Below are positions 38,151 through 49,280 of a stretch of DNA of 49,280 nucleotides, piece after piece. The notes under the pieces were generated by a model. It saw nothing but the letters and a program-made list of their open reading frames with translations, ran no database searches and had not been told where the DNA came from. The first letter of the stretch is position 1. Every line of letters begins with the position of its first letter. Source of the DNA: Lama guanicoe (lineage: Eukaryota); NCBI GenBank assembly GCA_013239625.1, contig MU054188.1, positions 11,310 to 60,589 on the forward strand, written 5' to 3'. Both the position numbers and the translations under genes were made by a program.

Positions 38151-38735
38151 TGACCTAGGAATTCCACTTTTTAGAAGTTCTCCTACTGATATACTTGAAT
38201 GAAACAAAATGATATACATGCAAGTTTAGTCACTGTGGCATTGTTTATAATAGCCCCAAGTGGGAAACAACCAAAACTTCCAAAATGGGAGACTGGTTTA
38301 ATTACGGTACATTCAAACAGTAGAATACTATGCTGTTGTTGAAGAAGGAGGAGGAGGAGGAGGAAGAGGAAGGAAGGAAGAATCTGAATGCTCTCTATGT
38401 GCAGATATGGAAAGATTTCCAAGACATAATCATTAAGTGAAAAAAGTAAGGTATAGGATAGTGTATGTAATATGCTACTTTTGTATAAAGATGGGGAGAG
38501 GCAAGGATCCAGATTCAAATTCACTTATATTCACATAGAGGAACTCTGAAGAGACAGAAACATAAGAAACTAGGACCAGTAGTTTCTTTGGGGATCAAGG
38601 AACTTGGGCAGATGGTAGAAACTTGGGCATAGACAAGGATGGGAGAGAGACGTTTCAGTGTCTGCCTTGCGACACTTTGGTTTTTGTATCATGTGAATGT
38701 ATAACCTATTCAAAAAGTAACCTAAAATAGGGGAA
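38150..38735 (+). mobile_element. Old L1 (L1MC/ME-like) 3' fragment
   Basis: 'cctttgacctaggaattccactt...cattgtttataatagccccaagtgggaaacaacc...catgtgaatgtataacctattcaaaa'. Confidence 0.7.
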
Positions 38736-38826
38736 AATTGACTTAAAACTCTTCATGAATTTATACTCTTCCACATAAAATTTAGAGCAAAGTTTTGAAT
38801 TACTAAAAAAAATCCAACTGGAATCT

Positions 38827-38965
38827 TTAAAAATTTTTTTTTAATTTAGTGGGGAGGTAATTAGGTTTATTTATTTATTGTTTTAACGGAGGTACTGAGG
38901 GTTGAACCCAGGACCTCATGCATGCTAAGCATGGGCTCTACCAGTGAGCTATTACCTGCCCGTGA
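38827..38965 (-). mobile_element. Camelid tRNA-Ala-derived SINE (vic-1 type) with TSD
   Basis: Minus strand tagctcactggtagagcccatgcttagcatgcatgaggtcctgggttcaaccctcagtacctcc plus 'aaataaacctaattacctcccc'. TSD CAACTGGA(A/G)TCT at 38815-38826 and 38966-38977. Confidence 0.88.
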
Positions 38966-41900
38966 CAACTGGAGTCTGGACTAGGATAAAACCCTTGGCT
39001 CTTCACTACTCTGCTCCTTCCCTCAGGTGTCAGAAATGCAACGACGGCTTCAAGGGCTTGAAGCCAGGAGATGGCCCTGGTCAGGTGCTCGCCAGGACTG
39101 GAAACAGTTCCAAATTCCAGAGAAAGGCTCCAAGTTGTAGATGGCTGTTGGCTTTCTTTTAAACACCGGCCACTTAGAACAATCTATTCTGCTGCTTTAT
39201 GTTTGCCTAACTGTTTTATTAAGGAATGATCTCTCCGGGGAAGAGGGAACAGGAAGCATGGACTATAAATCTTTAAAACACCTCTGTCCGTGATGCATGA
39301 CTACTTGAGGCCCGAGCGGCGGGCAAAGCCTCCTCACCCACCTGGTGGCAGGGTATCTTAACTGCAGGCCGAGCGCATAAGAACAGTGCCTTTGTTGAGC
39401 TGAGCTTACAAATCCAAACCCAGGAAGGGCAGTCGGACACACTTTGCAAACTTGTTTATTTTATTTTTGTAAACAGCAGTCCAGCTTCTTGTCCCGAAGG
39501 ATCGTAGGTTTCAAATTAGCAGAGTCAAAATTAACGAGATTTTTTTCCAGTAATGAGCCTGAGATGAAAATGATGGAAAATCCACTAATTATAGACTAGG
39601 CAGCCACCTCTCCACGACTTGGATCCAGGCCTCTGGGGGGAGGGAGAGGAAGGGAAGAGGGAAGGTTGGAGATGCAGCCTGTGCCTGACAGTCCTTCCTG
39701 CTGCCGCTGCCCTTCTCCCTGGACCTGGGGGCCTAGAAGCACCCAGGGCTTCCTGCATCTGAGCGCCTACCCAACCTCCTTCCCCGGTCAGACCAGGCCC
39801 TGCTTCTGAGGGCTCTGTAAGGCTAAATTCCTGGAAACGACAAAATAGTGCCCAGAGTGGAGGTGGGGGGGCATGTTTTTTGCTCAGTTCTGGGAAGCAG
39901 GCGGGGAGGAGCGCTATGAGAAGGAAGAAGGGTAGAAAAGGCAGACAAAATGCCCATTATACCCAAGCCCTGTCAATTTCCTTTTTCCATCTCTTTATCA
40001 GTGTTTGTTAACTGAACTTCTTATCAATAGGAAACGCCTGCCTAAGGGGACGAGGCAGGTCCAGGGGGACGGGACGCTGGGGCCAGGAATTCTGGGTGGT
40101 ACTTTGCTGCTGTCCAGCCTGATAGTGTGCCCTTATGATTCCCAGGACTCGGCAAGTCTCCCAGGCTCCTGGCCTTGGCAACTGGTGAATCCTTAGGTCT
40201 ACCTAGTAAGACAGCACAGAAGACAGGCCCTGAGGATGCCCTGGACGGGGCTCCAGCCTAGCCCTCTGTGACCAAGGACAGGTCAGCAAATGGCTCAAGC
40301 TATGCCATGAGAATCACCCTTGCCCCTGAAATCCAACCCCCACTCCTTTCTCACCCGGAGGCTGAGTGACCTGCCAAGGTCACAGACGACTTAGTACCAG
40401 TCACCACCCCTGGCCCCACTAGTGCGTTTGCCTTGAGCCCTCAGAGCACAGTGCCCGTTCTGGGCATCCCAGACGGGGCTCCCAGGAGAGGGACAGACTG
40501 AGGGTCAGATTTCACAGGAGGTGAAGATCAAATCTTAGTGCTGAAAATAAATACCCAAGAGGAATATGAGGGTCAAGCACGGCTTTATGATGCCGAGAGG
40601 AACAGGTTTATCTAGCCGTCTCCCTTCAAACTGACCCAAGACTGAACCAAGAGTATGGGAACTGGCTGCTCTGGTAGGAGAGGCGGGGAAGGTTTGTGCA
40701 GAACAGAACAGGGGCCACTTTGCTCCCCCTTCCTTGCCCTCTGCCTATCAGCTGTTCTTGAGCAGCTCCGCTCTGCCTTCCGTGGTGGCAGTAATAAAGG
40801 AAGTGTACTTCTTGCCCTGCCCCTATGTCCCCCTGGATGACCCTTCTGCCCCCAACTCCCCACTTGCTCCTGCAGTCGGGGATCTAGGTCAGTAAGAGTG
40901 GGTGGATGAGAAGGAACAGAGAAGAGACTCATCAAGACGTGACACCCCGCAGGGCAGCAGTGACAACACTTTAACCTGAAAACTGCCTGAAAATAGACTG
41001 TGTGTCTATGACATTATGCAAATCATACGCAAATCAAGAAGCCCTCTGTTTCTATTTCGAGCAAACTGAATGTGGCCCTGGTGGAAACAACTTGTTCCAA
41101 GAGTCGCCCACCCAGAGTGATGACTGCGTGGTAAGCACTGGTCCCCGCCCTGGGAGAATGGACTCAGGATGTGCACCCCTCTGCTCCACCCCCAGGGCTG
41201 TGTCTTCGGTGTGAGCATTTTGCCATCTTTTGGTCTGTTAATCTGGTTGTGGGTGAGGGTCTGGAGGAAGAAAAGCCACCCTCTGTGAGGGTAGATGTGG
41301 GGCAGGACTGAGGGAGAATGGCAACTGGGAGGACAGGAGAATTGTCCTTGAGGACCTGGGTACCACAAGGGGTTGCCAAGGGAAGGCGTGGTCCTCAGCA
41401 TCAAAGCTCCTGCTCCAGGAACCACCCTCAGCCCCATTTGGGCATGTTATAGACACTCATCACCCCGCAGGTAGAATTCCTACCATACAGACGATCCTCT
41501 TCCTCTTTATATAGATAAGGAAATTAGAGCCTTGGGTCCCCCAGGAAAGCAGGACAACGCTGAGAAAAAGTTGATGGGTTTTCTTCTTTCAAAGACAGGC
41601 ATGTTCCCTGAGGCTCTACCTGGAGGCAGGGGCTTGAACATCTGACGTCCCAATGACTCTGCTCACCCTGGAGGGCAATGAGTCAGTTCTCCTTCCCAGC
41701 CAGCCTGCTTGTGATGCCTTTTCCGCAATATTTCTACTGCCCTTCTCCCCACACTCCAACCATAGTGTGGACATCAGGGGGGATATAAGGACCAGGGTCT
41801 GGCAGGCACAGGAGGAGGGGGAAAAGCTACCTTTGCGGGATGCCAGGAATGTTCTTATTTCCCCGAAGCTAGTGTAAGAGGTCCTCTGGAAGGGGGGCAC

Positions 41901-42429
41901 TCTCTGTCGTGGGAGTCCAAGGATACAGGTATCTGGGGGGGGGGGACACAGCAGGCTCCAGGCATGAGGCCACTTTGTGGGGGGCTGCTGGGAGGAGGGG
42001 AGGTCCTCCATGGTAAAGCGGACTGGGGTACCCTTTTACCAAAGAGTATCAAGCATACCCCGTTCTGTGGCCCCTTAAGGGGTCCTCTACTAAAAAGGTA
42101 CAGCTCTTCTAGGCTAGAAAGTCAGGGACAAGTCCCCTCTTGGCTCCTTTCAGTACCTGCCTCCCACATGGCATGTCCCCGCCCCCGGCCTCCTGGGGGA
42201 GGGAAGGGAGGTGCTTTCTGAGCCTGCCTGGGACACCAAGGTGGGTCTCCTAGGATGGCGAGCTCCTTCCCATTCTGGGGCTGAAGGCTGATTCCGGGCA
42301 AGGTGGGGGCCCCATGTCAGGAGGGAACTGAGAACAGGGAATTGAGGCAGGCGGGTTCAGGCTGCCTCTCCTCTGAGTGAGGACGCTGCTCTTTTCTAGA
42401 TGTGGTTTTCGAGGGACAGTCCCTGCAAA

Positions 42430-42650
42430 ACAGAAGCACTGGACCGCGCCCGCACTTGGGCGCGGGGTGCGGAGATTCCCTGCGGGGAGAGGCCCGCGGC
42501 CCCCGCGCGGGGGCGGGGCGGGGGGCGGCCGCCGGGCAGCCCTGCGGCCAGCAGGGGGCGGGGCGGCGGCGCCGCGAGCAGGCTGCTTCCAGCCGGCGTT
42601 GGGAACTGAGATTTGGGCAGCGGCGGCGGGGTCCAAGCGGGGGCCTGTGC
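42430..42650. promoter_or_regulatory. Small CpG island with GC boxes and a near-consensus CTCF motif
   Basis: Multiple GGGGCGGGG; CGGCCAGCAGGGGGCGG at 42545-42561 matches the CTCF core CCASYAGRKGGCR. Confidence 0.65.
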
Positions 42651-42797
42651 AAACTGACTTCTCTCTTAAGGGCAAAGCCCAGGCAGGAGACCCTGGGACC
42701 CTCTCCTTCCTCATCCTCTCAGGTTCCCTCTGCGAAGGGGCAACTGCAGAGGCACAGGCCTAGGAAGACTCAGCAGGAGCTTCAGTGTCAACCATGG

Positions 42798-42803
42798 TTT
42801 ATT
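42798..42803 (-). terminator. Candidate ACVRL1 polyadenylation signal AATAAA
   Basis: TTTATT on + strand, ~2.0 kb downstream of the ancestral ACVRL1 stop codon; plausible 3' UTR length. Confidence 0.5.
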
Positions 42804-44774
42804 TTGAGGACGCACTATGTGCTAAGCACGAGCTCAATGCTCCCAAAAACAGTGTCCCCAGGTTAGGCGGCTGGAATTTCGGCCCTGGAACACCAGTCTG
42901 AACTCAGACAGCAGCATTTTGCAGACCACTGTCACCAATGCCTCCTTCCCCCCCAGGCCGCTGGTGGTTCTCCCAACCCTGGCCCCTTCTCTCAACCCTC
43001 CCCCATCACGCCGCCTCCTGCCTCAGACCTTCTTCTCTTAGGGATTTTCCTGCTTTTGGGCGGCTGCTGCCTTTAGTTTCTGGTTATGGAGTCTCAGACT
43101 TTTCACCCCCAAATCCAGTAAAGAGAAAATCCTTCAGGAGTATCCTGATTCCTGGGCTGGGTGGGTTGCAGGGACCAGAAGACACGACACTGCTGGGAAG
43201 CAAACTGCCCCAAGATGATGTGGGAACCTGGCAGGTCCATGTAGCTTTCTGTTTTCACTCAGTTTCACTTCCTGGTTCTCCTCCAGGCCTTGCACAATGC
43301 TGGGAGGCAGGCCTGGGAAAGGGCCGCTGATGGTGAAAGAAACACTGAAGGAACCCCTTCCGGGGAGGCTCTGTGGGGCATTTACAGCAGGAGAGGAGGA
43401 GGCTGTTTCCTTCTCCTGTGGAGAACTGAGGGTCCTTCTCCACCCTGTCCCAAGGGCTGAGGGCTGCAAGGCCAGGTCTTCCCACGATTGGGGATGTTGT
43501 GTCCCTAGCCTGAGCCCCATCCCCCACTGCCCAACCCCTCAGGCCCTACCTCCAACCCAGCACCCTCCAGCCTATCCATCTGCTTAGGGGTTGGGGTAAC
43601 TTCCTTAGTGCATGGACATACACCCTTGATATTTCCAAGTGCTGAACTTTTCATGTGTTTCTCTACAGCCACCAGGTTCTTCCTAGATACACACCCTCTC
43701 GGGCCTGGCCAAGGGTATTGGCCTGTGCCAGGGGCCAGTAGGGAGCAGGAACCTGGGTGCTGGAGGCTTGCTGGCTAGAGCTACATTTCTTCTGAGCCTT
43801 GGAGACCCTGCAGGAAGCCGGCCCCTGGCCCCTCTCTATCCTGAGCAGAGAAGATGAAGCCACAGAGATGGTGAGCAGCTGGCCTGCCTGCAAGAAGTCC
43901 CAGCGCTGTCTAAGCCCAAGGACGGCCACCAGCATGGGTTACGCCAGGAACTGGAGCTTGCAGAATTAGATTAAGAGGCCTTTCAGACACTCCTGGCCTC
44001 AAATAAAGTGATTTTCAAATCCTCATCTTGAGGCAAATTGCCAGGAGCTGGGGCATAAGATGTAGAAGGGATTGCTGAACTGAGTTCTGACACAGCTGAA
44101 ATTTCAAAGAAATTTAGAGCTGAGAAAAACTTCAAAGGACATCAGGACCAGGAGTGGGGGAGGGGCTCAGGGTCAGACCCCAGCTCTCCCAGGCAGCTAG
44201 CATTCAGCCAGCGGGGGTCTGGTCCAAGAGACAGAGGCTCAAGGCGGCACAGAGCTGAGATGTGAGCCCGGGAAAAAAACTGATGGGCCTTGGGTGTCTG
44301 GGGCTTGTGCCAGATACTGAGCCTGGCAAGGCAGGGTGTCTACTGAAGGCTGGACAGGGCCCTGTGCCACCCTGGCAGCTCTGGCAGGTCTGACTGAGGG
44401 AAGGGGGTAAAGTGCAGGCCCAGGCTCTGGGCCTGGGACTGGGGTTCCCTGGCTTGGCCACCCTGGCTCTGGAGCCTCTTTTGCATCCTGTCCTGGGGAT
44501 GGTAGGGGGTGCGCCCAGGGCGCAGGGGTGGGGAGGGAGAGAGGCGTCAGGGAGTCTGCTGCCCTGAACAGGCCAGACGGCGGGGGATCAAGTTTCAGCC
44601 CAGCTGTATTTTTGGCTGGATGGGCTGTGGGCCCGAGCTGGGCAGACACAGCTGCCCATAGAGGGGCACCCTCCTCCCCAGTACACACAGTCATACAACC
44701 TCTACCCAGACAGGCCACCATCCACCGCCCACCCCGCACACACTGCAGGAGGGGAGGCAGCATCAGGCCCGTGG

Positions 44775-44908
44775 CTAGTGAATCACCTTGGGCTTCTGGA
44801 GACCGTTGCTGAGTTTCTGTAGGGTTTCTTGATCTGCAGCGCGGTGAGGCGGGCGGAGGGGTTGGGGTATCAGCACTCCCGCATCATCTGACCCAGGCCT
44901 GAGAGGAC
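44775..44908 (-). pseudogene. ACVRL1: ACVRL1 (ALK1) last coding exon (exon 10), disrupted
   Basis: Acceptor ccctccctccAG, then VLSGLGQMMREC*YPNPSARLTALQIKK and a frameshifted (T)LQKLSNGLQKPKVIH*. TGA replaces Trp at 44870-44872. 134 nt versus 135 expected (1-nt deletion at ~44825). Confidence 0.95.
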
Positions 44909-46128
44909 CTGGAGGGAGGGAGAGCAAGGCAGAGGAGAGGAAGCAGAGACATGGATCAGGGAAGATGGAAAGGAAGAAGCGAGGAGGATACCTGGTAATG
45001 GGGAGACACGAGCAGGACAGAAAGGATGAGAAGAGGGAAACGAGAGTGTCGAAAAGGATGGGGAGAGGAGAGACAGATGTGGTAAGAAGGAGAGTGGAGG
45101 GAAGCAGGCAGGCAAGGATGTGAAAAGAAAGAAAGAAACGGAAGAAGAAGGGAGTGGAGTGAGGAGGAGATGGAGAAAGGCAGACAGGATGGAAAGAGAG
45201 CCGTAACTCAGATCTTCAGGGACACCTTTTGGTGAGTACCCACCCCCACCTCCACCAAGATCCAAGAAAGAGGAGATCTGCAGGCCTTGGGGCTCCCACT
45301 GGACCCCAGTGCGGAAGGTAGTGGCTCCCAGCATCTCCACCTGGGCCCAGTGAACACTGGGAGAATGGGTGGTGGGTGCTGCCCTTAAAATGTATGTGTC
45401 CAAGAAAGAGCCCATCCCAGGAAGCTCAGTGGTCCCAGAGGGAGCCAGCCTCACCTCCGCCTCAGAACTCCAGCCGCGGCTGGTTCCTGAGAGGAAGTGT
45501 ATGTGTGTGCATACAGGAATGCATATGAGTGGCTTTTTGTGGATCTGTATGTTGTGTGGAAATGTACGTGTGTCTGTGTATACATATACACGTGTATGTT
45601 TATTCATTCTTTCCATAAACATGTTTTGAGTACCTCTTGTGTGCCAGGCACTGTGACAGGTAACAGGGATATAAGGGTCAGCAAAGGAGACACACTCTGT
45701 CTTCAGGGGGAACAGTGTGCATACACGTGCACCTGTGTGTGCCTGTGTGTATGTTTGCATAGAAGCGTGGGCATGCCTGTACGTGTATATATACGCGTGT
45801 GTGTGTGTGTGTGTGTGCCTGTCCTGTATAAGATGTGGTTTTGAGAACAAACAAAAACAAACAACAAAAACTTCAGGGCAGGAAATGTAGCAGAGAGCCT
45901 CTGACTTTTCAGGCAAAGTAAATGGTTCTGAAAATCCCAGAATAAGCCAAGGGTCCCTGGAGGTCCACAGGCCAGGGGTGTGGAAGAGAGTACCCACAGA
46001 GGTACCCGGGAACCGATCCCCTAGAATCTATCCCAGGTGAAGCAGAGGCCAGACACAGGTTCCTGGCCCTGAAATCCCAGCTGTGAGCCACCACCCCAAG
46101 CCACCCCAGTGTCCTCCAGAGGCCTCAC

Positions 46129-46259
46129 CGGGTCTGCAGCCAGTCGGTTGGGGATGGTGGGAGTCTGCTGGTCAACACACACCACCTTCTTCATGTCCTC
46201 GAAGCTGGGATCATTGGGCACCACATCATAGAAGGGTGGCCTGTAGTCCTCCATGATGC
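46129..46259 (-). pseudogene. ACVRL1: ACVRL1 exon 9 (kinase domain), frame intact
   Basis: AG|GC ATC ATG GAG..., translating (G)[49 protein letters not shown]. 131 nt as in human. Confidence 0.95.
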
Positions 46260-46509
46260 CTAGGGATAGAGGGTGACGGGACAGTCACTTGGGATCCCAA
46301 GAAGGCCCAATACCACCCAGAGGAGAGCCTTGCCCACCCTCTGTCCTAGGGTCCAGGTGAAACCATGGCCATGCTACCCCTGAGAGGGACACCATAATAT
46401 AATAAATATATTTATAAATAATAATAGTTACTGCCAGTTATTTTACATTCACCATATATGTTGGACGTTGTGCTATAAACACTTTACACACATTATCCTG
46501 CTAGTATTC

Positions 46510-47023
46510 ACAGCAACCCGACGGGTGGGTACGATTTCTACCCCGTTTTACAGGTGAAGAAACCGATGCTCAGAGAAGTTGAGCCCAAGGTTACCCAGCT
46601 AGTAGCGGCAGAGTAAAGACCTGACCTTACCGTATTCCTAGGCCAGTCTTTTCCCCACCCAGGGCCCAGGTACTGCTCCCAGGCCCCAGCTATCACAGAT
46701 GCCCAATAATACGTTTACTGAACATTTACTATGTGTCAGGCAGGCCCTGTCCTCACTGCATTGCATTAACAGCAACCTGACGGGTGGGTACGATTTCTAC
46801 CCCGTTTTACAGGTGAAGAAACCGATGCTCAGAGAAGTTGAGCCCAAGGTTACCCAGCTAGTAGCGGCAGAGTAAAGACCGACCTCACTGTATTTCTAGG
46901 CCAGTCTTTTTCCCTCGCAGGGCCCAGGTACTTCTCCCAGGCCCCAGCTATCACAGATGCCCAATAATACGTTTACTGAACATTTACTATGTGTCAGGCC
47001 CTATCCTCACTGCATTGCATTAA
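46510..47023. repeat. ~259-bp direct tandem duplication of MIR-derived intronic DNA
   Basis: 'acagcaacc(c/t)gacgggtgggtacgatttctaccccgttttacaggtgaagaaaccgatgctcagagaag...tgcattgcattaa' at 46510-46768 and 46769-47023, with about a dozen differences. Confidence 0.95.
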
Positions 47024-48204
47024 ATCCTCACAACAACCCTATGAGGTAAGTAATACTATGAGCCCCACTTTATAAGCAATGACATTAAGACCAGAGAGGT
47101 TAAGAAACTTGTCTGCAATCCCACAGTAGTGAGTGGCAGAGCTAGGGTTTAAGAGCAGAAAGTCTAACCAAAGCCCATGCTCTTGACCTCCAAGCTCCAT
47201 TTAAGGGAGGGTAGCCGGCTGACTGCTGCGTGAGGATGTGGAATGAGGAAAGAGGGAAAAAACACATCTCCTAAGAGAAAGAGATTTTTTTCCAGGTCCA
47301 GATACCATCCACTCACTCTTAGTGATAACACAGGACTCTACTGACCCTTCAGCAAGTGCACAGTCCTTAGCAGGAGCTTCCTCAAAATGATGCCTGCGGA
47401 GCGGCGGAAGGCTGGGGCAGAAGCAGCCAGACCCCAGAAAAGCGCCCCTGGCCCCACCCTGCTTCCCAGCCCGAGGCTGGGGGCCGTGGCCACACAACCG
47501 CAGCCGGTGGAGCCCGCACCAGCTGTGCTCCCCTGGCGGGCTTCCAGGCCGGCCCCTGTGCTGCTCCAGCCCCAATCAGTGCTGCGCAGAGGCCTGAGCG
47601 TGTCTAATGGGCCTTTAATCAGCACGGGGCTGACACCAGATTACAGTGTTTATAATGCGCCGCAAATCTGTGTGGGGCTGACAGAGCTTCCCTCCGCCCC
47701 AGGAGCCTGCGGTCGGCCTCCCCCTCAGCCCCTGAGGCCCAGCCTTCCTTTCTTGCCTGCAGCCTGGTCCAAGGGGCCTCGGCTCCTTCCAGGAGCCCCC
47801 TGCCCCAGCCCCAGCCTCTAGAGCCGACCCTGGGAGTTCATGTCTGAAGGGGCAGGAACCTGAAGCCCGTCCAGAGGGTGGTCCCCAAACTGTCAGGACT
47901 CCCAGTGGCCCCTGCCTGAACAGCCTCCACAGAGACTGACCAGCCTCCCCACCTGGTCCAGACGACCACCCATCACCCATCCACCCCAGGGCCAGGAGGG
48001 CACCAGCCACGGGGCTGTCCCCTGTATGGGGCCATCAGGAATGGGGTCCCTCTGCCTTCTGCCAACCCCTCCAAATCAGAGTCCCCTGAGGCACCTACAG
48101 TAAAAACGAGGCAGCAATAAACAAGCAGTGCAGGCACTGTTATATCCTGTATTTTTATGGTCAAGGAAATCAAGGGCCAGAGCCGTGCAGGCAGCACAGG
48201 AATA

Positions 48205-48560
48205 AAAAGCACTGGCCCCAGAGTCAGACTGCCTGGTTTCAGACCCCAGTGCTGCCTCCAGGGAGCTGTAATTCTGTGCCTCAGTCCCCTCATCTGTAAA
48301 ATGGGGGTGATACTGTGTCAGGCATTCATTATTACAACAATAATTGCAACTGATATTTACTGAGCTCCAGAACAGCTCCAGATACTGTCTTAAATAAGTT
48401 ATTTGGATCATTTCAACAACTAGAAATTATTTTCATTCTTATTTTACAAATGAGGAAACTGAGGCACAGAGAGGTTAAGTACCTCACACATGGTCAGTGG
48501 CAAAGTCAGGATCTGAACCTAGGCCGTCTGATTCCCTCCAGCCCATGCTCTTGACCACTG
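48205..48560. mobile_element. Two MIR fragments in opposite orientation
   Basis: + strand 'cagagtcagactgcctgg...ctgtgcctcagtcccctcatctgtaaaatggg'; antisense 'attttacaaatgaggaaactgaggcacagagaggttaagt'. Confidence 0.8.
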
Positions 48561-48807
48561 AGCAACATCACCCCCCTGCCAACACAGGGTGGCTCAATAA
48601 GATGCTACATGTACCCAGCATAGCATCTGGCACATGTTTTAAAAATATTCAATAAATGTTAGCTGCTATTAATATTTCTATTATTATCACTTACACAAGA
48701 TTTCACAGCCAGAATCCGACTCAGATGAACCTTAAAAGTCACTACTCTGACCCAGCTGGTGAGTGGCAGTAAAGGGAATACAGGAGGTCTGACCACAAGC
48801 CCCTCAG

Positions 48808-49154
48808 NNNNNNNNNNNNNNNNNNNNNNNNNNNNNNNNNNNNNCCAAAGGCCCTCAGTCCACTTGTAGGACTCAAAGCAGTCGGTAGGGATCTGCTCTT
48901 CCAGCACCTCCGGGGCCATGTACCGCTTGGTGCCCACTCGTGGATTGATGCCGACGTCTAGGTAAGGTAANNNNNNNNNNNNNNNNNNNNNNNNNNNNNN
49001 NNNNNNNNNNNNNNNNNNNNNNNNNNNNNNNNNNNNNNNNNNNNNNNNNNNNNNNNNNNNNNNNNNNNNNNNNNNNNNNNNNNNNNNNNNNNNNNNNNNN
49101 NNNNNNNNNNNNNNNNNNNNNNNNNNNNNNNNNNNNNNNNNNNNNNNNNNNNNN
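48808..49154. other. Assembly gaps (N at 48808-48844 and 48971-49154)
   Basis: N runs in the sequence. Confidence 1.
48845..48965 (-). pseudogene. ACVRL1: ACVRL1 exon 8 fragment (activation loop/APE), between two assembly gaps
   Basis: [36 protein letters not shown], then ACTGA^GGGCCTTTGG where D-I-W-A-F-G is expected (apparent 5-nt deletion). Both splice sites fall in N runs. Confidence 0.9.
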
Positions 49155-49280
49155 ACAGCAGCCGAGGCTAACTGTCCCAGTTACACTTGGCTTGCGTGGT
49201 GCTCTCTTGATGCAAGAACCCAGGGAGATATGAGTAGGCAAGGCAGGCATTATTATGCCCTTTCCACAGAGCTGAGCTGA

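Noticed and set aside
37418..38965. Two tRNA-Ala-like sequences as tRNA genes
   Set aside because: AT-rich tails, TSDs and degenerate stems identify them as SINEs.
42250..42866. Overlapping 110-154 aa ORFs on both strands
   Set aside because: GC-rich CpG island with few stop codons; no recognisable protein.
44870..45997. 375-aa minus-strand ORF
   Set aside because: Only the last 12 codons are ACVRL1 exon 10; the rest is intron 9 made of CA-repeats, an L2 tail and a C/T-rich strand that is poor in stop codons.

Overview
Mammalian genomic DNA, almost certainly camelid (two tRNA-Ala-derived vic-1-type SINEs with target-site duplications). The window is a mosaic of four blocks. (1) 1-~10.65 kb is AT-rich, L1-rich DNA with no genes. 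(2) ~10.65-15.39 kb is GC-richer DNA ending in an unprocessed FIGNL2 pseudogene (+) with a nonsense codon, frameshifts, internal deletions including Walker A, and a 3' truncation. (3) 15.39-17.80 kb is a 16-bp minisatellite with higher-order structure whose first ~60 bp are inverted. (4) 17.8-49.28 kb is a collinear ACVR1B-ACVRL1 segment on the minus strand: an intact ACVR1B CpG-island promoter and exon 1 whose intron 1 is cut after ~1.5 kb, ~23 kb of intergenic DNA, and ACVRL1 exons 8-10 carrying inactivating lesions. Relative to the conserved order FIGNL2-ANKRD33-ACVRL1-ACVR1B (human, from memory), the pieces are joined head-to-tail with orientation preserved. This fits a decayed segmental duplication that is circularly permuted (circular intermediate) or tandemly amplified, sealed by the minisatellite. 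Protein comparisons are to human sequences recalled from memory and no alignments were run. Old-repeat boundaries are approximate, and mis-assembly cannot be excluded from sequence alone.
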